From the NCBI RefSeq assembly GCF_000341395.1, contig NC_020304.1, positions 3,090,001 to 3,122,000 on the forward strand: a stretch of 32,000 bases of DNA, in the 5' to 3' direction. The notes under the pieces are model-generated. The model was not told the origin of the DNA. It saw nothing but the letters and a program-made list of their open reading frames with translations, and searched no databases. Below are positions 9,355 to 17,608 of this stretch, one piece after another. Position 1 is the first letter of the stretch. The number at the start of each line of letters is the position of its first letter. The stretch comes from Desulfocapsa sulfexigens DSM 10523. GTDB taxonomy: Bacteria; Desulfobacterota; Desulfobulbia; Desulfobulbales; Desulfocapsaceae. A program made the translations under genes and the position numbers.

Positions 9355-9450
9355 AAGTACTTTGCATCGCTGTGGTGAACGCGGATTGTATCAATAAGCA
9401 AAAACACATTAATTACAATAGCCGTCTATTACAAGGACAGGGACTGGAGC

Positions 9451-9479
9451 TTTACAAAAAATACGATTTTGAGTATAAG
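9451..9479 (+). promoter_or_regulatory. Candidate sigma-70 promoter driving the riboswitch-controlled transcript
   Basis: TTTACA (9451-9456), 17-nt spacer, TATAAG (9474-9479), about 20 nt upstream of the riboswitch P1 stem. Confidence 0.45.
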
Positions 9480-9500
9480 AATTGTACAAATACATATTTT

Positions 9501-9662
9501 TTCAGGTGCCGTCTGAGGACGGTGAAAAGGGAATACGGTGTGAATCCGTAACGTTGGGCCAGCGCTGTATGCGGGGACAATGGTCACATAGAAGTCACTG
9601 TCGAAATATTTGACGGGAAGGCGTGGCCGGAGGATGATCCGCAGAGTCAGAAGACCTGCCAG
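9501..9662 (+). promoter_or_regulatory. Cobalamin (B12) riboswitch aptamer
   Basis: Conserved cores read directly: GGTGAAAAGGGAATACGGTGTGAATCCGTA, CGCTGTATGCGG, GTCACTG, GGGAAGGC, and the B12 box AGTCAGAAGACCTGCC (9645-9660). P1 pairs CAGGT (9503-9507) with ACCTG (9654-9658). Confidence 0.85.
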
Positions 9663-9690
9663 GAAAAAAAGGATAACGTCGTCCGTACCA

Positions 9691-9729
9691 AGTCCGTATT
9701 ATGCCATGTGCATAGTACGGACTTTTTTT
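9691..9729 (+). terminator. Riboswitch expression platform: intrinsic terminator (transcriptional OFF switch)
   Basis: Stem AGTCCGTA (9691-9698) / TACGGACT (9716-9723) runs into T7 (9723-9729). The upstream GTCCGTAC (9681-9688) could form an alternative pairing. Confidence 0.7.
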
Positions 9730-9767
9730 ATGCCCAAGCGGAAATATAATACGTAGGAGAAATGTGA

Positions 9768-11081
9768 ATGGAAACACAGATTGAAATGGCTCGCAAGGCA
9801 ATTATTACCCCGCAAATGACTAAGGTTGCAGAACAGGAAGGACTTGATGCTGAGTGGATTCGTGAACGTGTCGCTGAAGGAAGAATAGTCATTCCTGTAA
9901 ATCCGAACCGTCAGCATCAGAATATTGTCGGAATAGGATTTGGTCTCAGGACCAAGGTGAACGCATCCATTGGCACCTCGTCGGATATTGCTGATAGTAA
10001 TCTTGAGATCCGGAAAGCTCAAGTTGCCGAAGAGGAAAAAGCGGATACGCTTATGGAGCTTTCAACAGGAGGGAATCTTGACGAGGTTCGTCGTTTAGTA
10101 CTTGAAAACTGCAGTTTACCCGTTGGGAATGTCCCGCTTTACCAGGCTTTTGCAGAGGCAAGTAGGAAATACCATAACCCTGGGAAACTCGATAGCGAAC
10201 ATCTGTTTGAAATTATAGAAAAACAATTGGCTGATGGTATTTCCTTTATGGCGATTCATTGTGGAATTAATCGCTATTCCATAGAACGACTCAGAAATCA
10301 GGGCTATCGATATGGCGGCCTGGTTTCCAAGGGTGGTACCTTTATGGTTTCGTGGATGGAATATAATAATTGTGAGAATCCACTCTATGAGCAGTTTGAC
10401 CGGGTCTGTGGCCTGATGAAAAAATATGACTCGGTACTTTCACTTGGCAATGGTATACGGGCAGGGGCCATTCATGATAGTCATGATCGTGCCCAGATGG
10501 CTGAGATGGTCATTAATTGTGAACTGGCCGAAATTGGGCGTGATATGGGGTGTCAGATGATGGTCGAAGGACCTGGACATGTACCACTTGATGAGATCGA
10601 AGGGAATATTATGCTGGAAAAAAGAATGAGTGGAGGTGCACCGTATTATGTGTTAGGTCCACTCCCTGCAGATTCCGGAGCTGGGTATGATCACATTACA
10701 GCAGCCATTGGCGCTGCAAACTCTGCGCGCCACGGTGCAGACCTTATTTGCTATATTACACCGGCTGAACATCTGGCATTACCTAATGAAGAAGATGTTC
10801 GCGAGGGAGTCAGGGCAACACGACTTGCAGCACGGATTGGTGATATTGCCAAGTACCCTGAAAGGAGGGAACTTGAAAAGAAGGTCGCACTTTCCCGTCG
10901 TGATACCAAGTGGGATGAGCATTTTCAATTGCTGATGTTTCCTGACAAAGCACAGGAAATACGTAAATCGAGAACACCAGAAAATCAGAAGACTTGTACT
11001 ATGTGTGGCGATTTCTGCGCCATGGCAAGAGGCAAAGAAATTTTCTCAGGAGATATGAGAGGGGATAAAATAGCAGATTGA
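9768..11081 (+). CDS. bzaF: ThiC-family radical-SAM enzyme (short, anaerobe-type, 437 aa); context argues for 5-hydroxybenzimidazole synthase BzaF rather than HMP-P synthase ThiC
   Basis: Full-length similarity to ThiC (TKVNASIGTS, LSTGGNLDEVRR, HCGINR, MVEGPGHVPL, and the C-terminal Cys cluster CTMCGDFC). AGGAGA lies upstream of the ATG. The leader is a cobalamin riboswitch, not a TPP riboswitch. Family assignment is firm; the subfamily call is by context only. Confidence 0.85.
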   Translation: METQIEMARKAIITPQMTKVAEQEGLDAEWIRERVAEGRIVIPVNPNRQHQNIVGIGFGLRTKVNASIGTSSDIADSNLEIRKAQVAEEEKADTLMELSTGGNLDEVRRLVLENCSLPVGNVPLYQAFAEASRKYHNPGKLDSEHLFEIIEKQLADGISFMAIHCGINRYSIERLRNQGYRYGGLVSKGGTFMVSWMEYNNCENPLYEQFDRVCGLMKKYDSVLSLGNGIRAGAIHDSHDRAQMAEMVINCELAEIGRDMGCQMMVEGPGHVPLDEIEGNIMLEKRMSGGAPYYVLGPLPADSGAGYDHITAAIGAANSARHGADLICYITPAEHLALPNEEDVREGVRATRLAARIGDIAKYPERRELEKKVALSRRDTKWDEHFQLLMFPDKAQEIRKSRTPENQKTCTMCGDFCAMARGKEIFSGDMRGDKIAD

Positions 11082-11123
11082 GATAGATACCCCTAAAGGA
11101 ATCTGGGTGGAAGTTGAAACCAT

Positions 11124-11165
11124 AAAAAAAGGCCACGCAACTAGTATTGCAGGCCTTTTTTTTTT
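11124..11165. terminator. Bidirectional terminator between the convergent ThiC-family gene and the Lys-rich gene
   Basis: A7-GGCC ... GGCC-T10 hairpin with an inner GCAA/TTGC extension. It has a U-run on both strands. Confidence 0.6.
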
Positions 11166-11176
11166 GCATCCTGGAA

Positions 11177-11344
11177 TTATTTCTTCTTCTTTGTTTTTTT
11201 CTTGTCAGATTTTTTACTGTCTTTTTTCTTCTTTTTATCTACCTTCGTCTTGCAGGCTGAATCATCACATGACTTCTTGCATGATTTCTTTTTGGAGTCT
11301 TTTTTCTTTGAATCCTTTTTCTTCTCGTCTTTCTTTTTTGCCAT
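11177..11344 (-). CDS. 55-aa extremely lysine-rich small protein
   Basis: The ATG at 11344 has AGGAG 7 nt upstream. Sequence: MAKKKDEKKKDSKKKDSKKKSCKKSCDDSACKTKVDKKKKKDSKKSDKKKTKKKK. It has its own promoter-like element and a downstream terminator. The upstream extension to 11395 has no RBS. Confidence 0.5.
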   Translation of the reverse strand: MAKKKDEKKKDSKKKDSKKKSCKKSCDDSACKTKVDKKKKKDSKKSDKKKTKKKK

Positions 11345-11419
11345 GACAGTGCTCCTGTTTTGAATGAATAGTAAACTTCTTAACTGGGAAAACAATCTAT
11401 CTGGTAATTATCAATACTG

Positions 11420-11448
11420 ATCATATGATTTTTACCAGGTCATTGCAA
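11420..11448 (-). promoter_or_regulatory. Candidate sigma-70 promoter for the Lys-rich gene
   Basis: On the minus strand: TTGCAA (11448-11443), 17-nt spacer, TATGAT (11425-11420). Confidence 0.4.
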
Positions 11449-11466
11449 ATTAAAATTATCGTTTTC

Positions 11467-13149
11467 CTAACGGGTCAGTTGACGATATTTTATTCTGTGT
11501 GGCTGGTCGGCTTTCGATCCCAGTCGAGCTTTACGGTCTTTTTCATAATCAGAGTAATTTCCCTCAAACCAGACAACCTTGGAATCTCCTTCAAAGGCGA
11601 GGATATGGGTTGCTATCCTGTCAAGAAACCATCGATCATGGCTGATAACAACGGCGCAGCCACCAAAGTTTTCGAGGGCCTCTTCGAGCGCTCTCAGGGT
11701 ATTAACGTCCAGGTCATTTGTCGGTTCGTCGAGTAACAACACATTCCCGCCTTCCTTGAGCATCTTGGCAAGGTGAACTCTGTTTCGTTGGCCACCAGAA
11801 AGAAGACCGACCTTTTTCTGTTGATCAGAACCTGAAAAATTGAATTTACCAACATAGGCTCTGGAGTTAACCTCACGTTCTCCAAGAATTACAGTCTCCT
11901 GCCCCTCGGAGATTGCTTCCCAAATCGTTGATTCTGGATCAAGGCTATCTCGATTCTGATCAACATATCCAAGCTTTACGGTTTCTCCAAGGCGAATGGT
12001 ACCTTCGTCTGGCGTGTCTTCGCCGGTGATCATTTTGAAAAGAGTTGATTTACCGGCCCCATTAGGACCAATAATTCCAACAATGCCACCTGCAGGGAGT
12101 TTGAAATTCATATTGTCAACAAGGAGGCGGTCACCGAAGGCTTTACGAACGTGATCAGCTTCGATAACAACTTTGCCGAGGCGAGGCCCGGGTGGAATGA
12201 AAATCTGCAGTTCATTGGAAAGTTTCTCGGTGTCCTGATCCATCATTTTCTCATAGGATGCAATACGAGCTTTTGATTTGCCACGACGTCCTTTAGGGGA
12301 CATTTTGATCCACTCAAGTTCTCTTTTCAAGGTTCGCTGCCGACTGCTTTCTTTTTTCTCTTCATTGGCAAGTCGCTTCTCTTTCTGGTCAAGCCATGAG
12401 GAGTAATTGCCCTTCCACGGTATACCACGTCCTCGGTCAAGTTCCAGAATCCATCCTGCGACATTGTCGAGAAAGTATCTGTCATGAGTAACAGCTATAA
12501 CGGTTCCGGCATATTGCTGGAGGTGATGTTCCAGCCAGGCAACTGATTCGGCGTCAAGGTGATTGGTAGGCTCATCGAGGAGTAGGATGTCAGGCTGTTT
12601 AAGGAGAATACGACAGAGAGCGACACGTCGTTTCTCACCACCTGAGAGATGCTTGCATGTGGAGTCTGATGGTGGGCAGCGCAGAGCATCCATTGCCATC
12701 TCAAGTTTGGAATCAAGGTCCCAGGCATCGAGATTGTCGAGTTTTTCCTGTACTTCTCCCTGACGATCTATGAGGGCCTGCATCTCGTCATCATCCATGG
12801 GTTCAGCGAATTTTTCATTAATCCTGTTAAATTCGTTTAAAAGATCAACGGTTTCCTGCGCACCCTCTTCAACAATTTCCTTGACGGTTTTGGCAGGGTC
12901 AAGCTCAGGTTCCTGAGGGAGATAATCAACGGTGAGACCAGGAGACATCATCGTCTCTCCATTGAACTCCTTGTCTATACCGGCCAGAATGCGAAGCAGG
13001 CTACTTTTTCCAGAGCCGTTCAGCCCAAGAACTCCAATTTTTGCTCCATAAAAGTAGGAGAGGGATATATCCTTGAGGATAACCTGGTCGTTATAGGATT
13101 TACTGACTTTAATCATCGAATAGATGACTTTTTTATCATCAACACTCAT
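11467..13149 (-). CDS. ettA: Energy-dependent translational throttle protein EttA (ABC-F ATPase)
   Basis: Colinear with E. coli EttA/YjjK across 560 aa. Two ABC cassettes (GLNGSGKSSLLR, LSGGEKRRVALCR, LLLDEPTNHLD; GPNGAGKSTLFK, LSGGQRNRVHLAK, LLLDEPTNDLD) and the EttA-specific arm/linker (GIPWKGNYSSWLDQKEKRL). Confidence 0.93.
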   Translation of the reverse strand: MSVDDKKVIYSMIKVSKSYNDQVILKDISLSYFYGAKIGVLGLNGSGKSSLLRILAGIDKEFNGETMMSPGLTVDYLPQEPELDPAKTVKEIVEEGAQETVDLLNEFNRINEKFAEPMDDDEMQALIDRQGEVQEKLDNLDAWDLDSKLEMAMDALRCPPSDSTCKHLSGGEKRRVALCRILLKQPDILLLDEPTNHLDAESVAWLEHHLQQYAGTVIAVTHDRYFLDNVAGWILELDRGRGIPWKGNYSSWLDQKEKRLANEEKKESSRQRTLKRELEWIKMSPKGRRGKSKARIASYEKMMDQDTEKLSNELQIFIPPGPRLGKVVIEADHVRKAFGDRLLVDNMNFKLPAGGIVGIIGPNGAGKSTLFKMITGEDTPDEGTIRLGETVKLGYVDQNRDSLDPESTIWEAISEGQETVILGEREVNSRAYVGKFNFSGSDQQKKVGLLSGGQRNRVHLAKMLKEGGNVLLLDEPTNDLDVNTLRALEEALENFGGCAVVISHDRWFLDRIATHILAFEGDSKVVWFEGNYSDYEKDRKARLGSKADQPHRIKYRQLTR

Positions 13150-13416
13150 GTTTTTGATCCTGTTTGTTTAGAGAGGTTAAAGGCTGTATTTGCCGGAGAG
13201 AGAAAATCTTTTAATAAGGGAAATGAGACATAATAATCGGATTTTGATGAAAAGAAAAGATTGAAAAGTATCCATCCTCCAAAGTTTCATAAATACGCAA
13301 TTTTGACCCTTGTTACTTGATATGTTAAGAAAAACTGGTAGTATCTACTAATGATGCAAATAAATTTGTCAATCCCTTGAAGCACCCGGGGCAAATATCT
13401 GTCAGACTGAGGTTGT

Positions 13417-15744
13417 ATGAAGATACGGAGTATTATTTTTCTGATTGTTATTGCATTAGGTCTTTTTCCTGTACTCTTTCTTGTTGCTCTTAATTTACCC
13501 AAAACCATGGAAAGATTAGAATATGCGGCAGAACTTGAAACTCAGGCCAGATCCCAGGTGGGGTTTACTCAGCTGAATGCCCGTATACTCTGTTTGAAGA
13601 AAAGTCTTATTCGTTCCGCGACACTTCCCTCCGTTTATGCAGCGATTGAAGATTCATCCGGAATACCTACTTTGTCAAATGTTGTGAAGAGATGGTTTGA
13701 GAATGATGAACAGGTAAAAGGTATGATGCTTTTCAATGCTGATGGAGTCGAACTTCTTTCCCTGCATAGAAAAAACAGTCACTTTGCCCCATCTGATTTT
13801 TCAGAAAATCATAAGGACCACCTGTTTTTTAATCAGTCGCTGCAGGTACCCGATGACCAGGTATTGGTCAGGTTGGTCGATCAGGAAACAGATCCCTTTC
13901 ATCGTACCGGTAAAGAAGAATATGAACTGATTATGTCGACTCCAGTTATCCTGGATAGCGCCGTCGGAGCTATCGGTATTATGTTGATGCGTATTGACAT
14001 GTCACATTTTTTAACAAATTTCACAGATTCTTACTGGGTTACAGGTGACGGCAATTATGTCCGTGGTTGTGTGGCTGACAGTGAATCATCGGATAGAGAT
14101 TCTGGTGAGATCAGTGATTCCTGTAATGCTTTTGATGAGTTTCCCGATCTTAACAGAAGCGTATCCAGAGATCCTATTATATTGTCTGGAAATGATAAAC
14201 GAAAAATAGCCTGGGTTCCTTTGGTCTTCAATAAGGAACACCACGTTGTGATGTGGGTTGGAACGCTGATTGATGACAGTGCAATAAAAAAATGGAAGAT
14301 GACACTTACCGTAAATGTTATTGTGCTCATTGTTGTAATGACCATTCTTGTTTTTATTGCCGCAAACTGGATCTCTGCTAAAATTGAAATTCTTCAAAGG
14401 GATCTCCTGACACGGCTCGATGATATTATAAATAAAGAAAAACGGATCGATTTCCATTGGGGCGGACCTCTGGAATTGCAGAATTTATCACGTGATCTTA
14501 CTGCATTCTCTGAACGCTACAGTTTAACCTGTGAGGCTAGAAACCTTGCCGAAGCCTCTCTGAGTGAAAGCGAAGACAAATTTCGAAGTCTTACCGGATC
14601 TGCACTTGACGGTATAATCCTCATGGATAATGAAGGATATATAACCTATTGGAACGAGGCAGCTGCTACAATATTTGGCTATAGTCCTGAGGAAGCCCTT
14701 CAACATCCCATCCATTCGCTGATTAATCCTCGCCGTGAAGGAGAGGATCTGTCAGTGGAACCCCTGGAAACCGGAAAGTCGGCAGAGAGTTTATCACAGA
14801 CCGTTGAGCTTATCGCACGAAATGAAAAAGGAGATGACGTGTATGTGGAACTTTCACTGTCATCAACTACCATCAAAGGAAAGTGGCATGCCATCTGGAT
14901 CGTCAGGGATATCAGTGAACGGAAGAGGAGTGAGGATGAAACAAGAAAACAGCAGCAGCAACTTCTCCATGCAGATAAGATGATTTCTCTTGGACTTCTT
15001 GTGTCAGGGGTTGCCCATGAAATTAATAATCCCAACTCTATTGCTCTTTTGAATACTCCGATACTCTTTCGTGCCTGGGAGAGTGCAAAGCCTATTTTGG
15101 ATGAGTTTTTTGAAGAAAATGGAGACTTTTCCATCGCTGGCCTGGATTACAGGGAGATGCGTCAACAACTTCCTCGCATATTTTTAGAACTCGAAGAAAG
15201 TGCTCAGCGGATCAAGCAGATTGTTATGGATTTGAAAGATTATGCCAGACAGGAGACCAGTGGCCAATTGGTACCCGTTGATATCACAGAGGTCGTTAAA
15301 TCCGGTATTCGCTTAACATCAAATACCATTCATAAGAGTACCAATAAATTTATAACTCATTTTTCTCCAACACCTCTTATGGTTCTTGGTAATAGGCAAC
15401 GTCTAACCCAGGTTGTTATTAACCTTATTCAGAATAGCTGTGAGGCTCTTGAAACAACAGACATGTCCCTTACTATTTCAACCCGTTATAATAAGGAAGT
15501 TGATGGTGTGGAAATTTCTATAAAGGATGAAGGCACAGGAATAGCCCCTGAGAATTTAAAACAGGTAACAGATCCATTCTTTACGACAAAACGGTCAATT
15601 GGCGGGACAGGATTGGGACTTTCTGTCTCAGCTGGAATAGTTAAAGAACATCACGGAGTAATGGATTTTAAATCTGAGTTTGGAAAGGGGACAGAGGTTG
15701 TTATCGTTTTCCCTGCGTGCCCCGCAGAGAGTAAGGAAAATTAA
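13417..15744 (+). CDS. Sensor histidine kinase (TM, large extracytoplasmic domain, TM, PAS, HisKA, HATPase_c)
   Basis: N-terminal TM (IIFLIVIALGLFPVLFLVAL), a ~270-aa putative periplasmic domain, a second TM (VNVIVLIVVMTILVFIAANWI), a PAS domain (GIILMDNEGYITYWNEAAATIFGY), H-box GVAHEINNPNS, N-box LIQNSCEAL, and G-boxes DEGTGI and GGTGLGLS. Confidence 0.9.
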   Translation: MKIRSIIFLIVIALGLFPVLFLVALNLPKTMERLEYAAELETQARSQVGFTQLNARILCLKKSLIRSATLPSVYAAIEDSSGIPTLSNVVKRWFENDEQVKGMMLFNADGVELLSLHRKNSHFAPSDFSENHKDHLFFNQSLQVPDDQVLVRLVDQETDPFHRTGKEEYELIMSTPVILDSAVGAIGIMLMRIDMSHFLTNFTDSYWVTGDGNYVRGCVADSESSDRDSGEISDSCNAFDEFPDLNRSVSRDPIILSGNDKRKIAWVPLVFNKEHHVVMWVGTLIDDSAIKKWKMTLTVNVIVLIVVMTILVFIAANWISAKIEILQRDLLTRLDDIINKEKRIDFHWGGPLELQNLSRDLTAFSERYSLTCEARNLAEASLSESEDKFRSLTGSALDGIILMDNEGYITYWNEAAATIFGYSPEEALQHPIHSLINPRREGEDLSVEPLETGKSAESLSQTVELIARNEKGDDVYVELSLSSTTIKGKWHAIWIVRDISERKRSEDETRKQQQQLLHADKMISLGLLVSGVAHEINNPNSIALLNTPILFRAWESAKPILDEFFEENGDFSIAGLDYREMRQQLPRIFLELEESAQRIKQIVMDLKDYARQETSGQLVPVDITEVVKSGIRLTSNTIHKSTNKFITHFSPTPLMVLGNRQRLTQVVINLIQNSCEALETTDMSLTISTRYNKEVDGVEISIKDEGTGIAPENLKQVTDPFFTTKRSIGGTGLGLSVSAGIVKEHHGVMDFKSEFGKGTEVVIVFPACPAESKEN

Positions 15745-15768
15745 AATAAACTATACGAAATAGAGATC

Positions 15769-17187
15769 ATGGTTAAAACTTTGTACCCAACATTACCGGT
15801 TTTATTGGTGGATGATGAAAATGCCTGGCTGAACAGTTTTGGACTGACTCTTCAGGTTGCCGGCATTAATAATATAGTGACTTGCAACGACTCCAGAAAA
15901 GTTATGGAGTTGTTGCGTGCTCAGGCCATAAGTGTTCTGGTTCTTGATCTTACCATGCCACACCTTGCAGGCGATGAACTGTTGCCTCAGGTGGTTCTTG
16001 ATTTTCCTGAAGTGCCGGTAATCATTATTACTGGTTTGGATCAGGTTGAAACGGCTGTCTCCTGCATGAAACTCGGGGCTTATGATTTTTTCACAAAAGT
16101 TACCGAAGAAGAACGTTTAGTAACCGGAGTTAAACGGGCAATTACTTTTGGTTTGTTGCGTCGTGAAAACAGTTCGTTGAAGGAGCATTTCTTAAAAGAT
16201 GAACTCCATAATCCCGATGCGTTCTCCCATATTATTACTCATAACAAATCTATGCGTTCAATTTTCCAGTATATTGAAGCCATCGCTACAACTGGTGAGC
16301 CGGTTTTAATAACTGGAGAAACAGGATCTGGGAAAGAACTATTTGCCCAGGCAATTCATTCACTTTCTGGGAGAGCCGGCGAGTTTGTCGCTGTGAACAT
16401 AGCAGGACTTGATGGAACAATGCTTGCGGACACACTCTTTGGCCATAAAAAGGGGGCCTTTTCAGGGGCTGATCAAAGCCGCAAGGGCCTGATTGCCACT
16501 GCGACCGATGGCAGTCTTTTTCTCGATGAAATTGGTGATCTTACTGCCCAATCACAGGTTAAACTTTTGCGCCTGATACAGGAACGGGAATATTATGCAC
16601 TTGGCTCTGACATTGCTCTAAGTACTAATGTACGCATGATATTTGCTACTCATCAAAACCTTGATTCATTGCAGGAGTCAGGGGAGTTCCGTAAAGATCT
16701 TTTTTTCAGGCTTCGAACGCACCATGTGCATATTCCACCTCTTCGTGAACGTCTGGATGACCTGCCGTTACTTTTAGATTATTTTCTGGACGAGGCAGCG
16801 AGCCGATTAAATAAGGCAAAACCTGCCTACCCTAACGAGTTACCTATTCTTTTGGGAACGTATAATTACCCTGGGAATGTTCGAGAATTGCAATCAATGG
16901 TTTTTGATGCCCTTTCTAAGCATCGCAGTCGAACACTGTCAATGGATGTTTTTAAAAAGTATATAGAGAGCAGAATGGGAACAGCCAATGATATTGAAGA
17001 AGAGGTGACTGGCGAAACAGTGTTCAGTATACTTGGAACCCTGCCTACCCTGAAAGCATCCGGGCGCTTACTTGTTAAGGAGGCATTGCACAGATCGCAG
17101 GGAAACCAGGCTATTGCAGCCCAAATGTTAGGTATTACAAGGCAGGCTCTTAATTGGCGGCTGAAGCAACAGTCTGAAAAAGACTAA
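15769..17187 (+). CDS. Sigma-54-dependent response regulator (REC, AAA+, Fis-type HTH; NtrC family)
   Basis: REC domain with the phospho-acceptor context VLVLDLTMP. Walker A GETGSGKE, Walker B LFLDEIGD, the sigma-54 contact loop as GAFSGA, and a C-terminal HTH (NQAIAAQMLGITRQALNWRLK). It lies 24 nt after the kinase gene. Confidence 0.92.
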   Translation: MVKTLYPTLPVLLVDDENAWLNSFGLTLQVAGINNIVTCNDSRKVMELLRAQAISVLVLDLTMPHLAGDELLPQVVLDFPEVPVIIITGLDQVETAVSCMKLGAYDFFTKVTEEERLVTGVKRAITFGLLRRENSSLKEHFLKDELHNPDAFSHIITHNKSMRSIFQYIEAIATTGEPVLITGETGSGKELFAQAIHSLSGRAGEFVAVNIAGLDGTMLADTLFGHKKGAFSGADQSRKGLIATATDGSLFLDEIGDLTAQSQVKLLRLIQEREYYALGSDIALSTNVRMIFATHQNLDSLQESGEFRKDLFFRLRTHHVHIPPLRERLDDLPLLLDYFLDEAASRLNKAKPAYPNELPILLGTYNYPGNVRELQSMVFDALSKHRSRTLSMDVFKKYIESRMGTANDIEEEVTGETVFSILGTLPTLKASGRLLVKEALHRSQGNQAIAAQMLGITRQALNWRLKQQSEKD

Positions 17188-17204
17188 AAAACGGGGAGGC
17201 TCTT

Positions 17205-17465
17205 GTGGAAAGAATAGAGTGTCTAATAGAAGGATATATACTGGACTTTGAGCAGGCAAGGGAACTTGGCCGAGTTATAGCAGAAAAAGAAAATGACTTT
17301 GCAACTCTTGTTTCATGGTGTGATCGTGACAAGGGGGTGCATTCACCCTGTTGTCTCAAATGTGAACTGAAAGGGGAGCCGGGATGGGAGGTATATGGGC
17401 GGAATCATGAAGGGCGATTAAGGATCTCCGTAGATAGTGACAGGTTTGTCTTTATCTATTCATAG
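17205..17465 (+). CDS. Hypothetical 86-aa protein (GTG start)
   Basis: GTG at 17205 is preceded by GGGGAGG with a 5-nt spacing, 17 nt after the response-regulator stop. It contains HSPCCLKCE. No family recognised. Confidence 0.4.
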   Translation: MERIECLIEGYILDFEQARELGRVIAEKENDFATLVSWCDRDKGVHSPCCLKCELKGEPGWEVYGRNHEGRLRISVDSDRFVFIYS

Positions 17466-17537
17466 TCTAATCTGGTAAAACCTTATATGGAATAGAACAG
17501 AGTGTGTTGCGCAAATGCGTTGTGCCATTTAGACAAC

Positions 17538-17581
17538 AAAAAAAGGCCTTCAGTATGCAAGCATACCGAAGGCCTTTTTTT
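17538..17581. terminator. Bidirectional terminator between the convergent two-component operon and the oxidoreductase operon
   Basis: A7-GGCCTTC-(GTATGC AA GCATAC)-GAAGGCC-T7: a 13-bp interrupted stem flanked by A- and T-runs. Confidence 0.85.
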
Positions 17582-17608
17582 ACTTCCATTCCGAAAACAG
17601 ACTGTATT

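Noticed and set aside
9480-9740. Expected a TPP (THI-box) riboswitch because the downstream ORF is ThiC-like
   Set aside because: The conserved blocks present are those of the cobalamin riboswitch (B12 box, GGGAAGGC, GTCACTG, AAGGGAA..GGTG..AATCC). The TPP cores (CTGAGA ... ACCTGATCTGGATAATGCCAGCG-like) are absent.
11107-11346. 79-aa plus-strand ORF opposite the Lys-rich gene
   Set aside because: It starts inside the terminator hairpin of the upstream gene, has no RBS, and is a Ser/Phe/Leu low-complexity mirror of the poly-Lys frame. The minus-strand frame has an RBS, a promoter-like element and a terminator.
17511-17527. Sigma-54-like TGGCAC-AACGCAT-TTGC on the minus strand
   Set aside because: The spacer is two bases too long. 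It also lies between a stop codon and a terminator, with no gene downstream.
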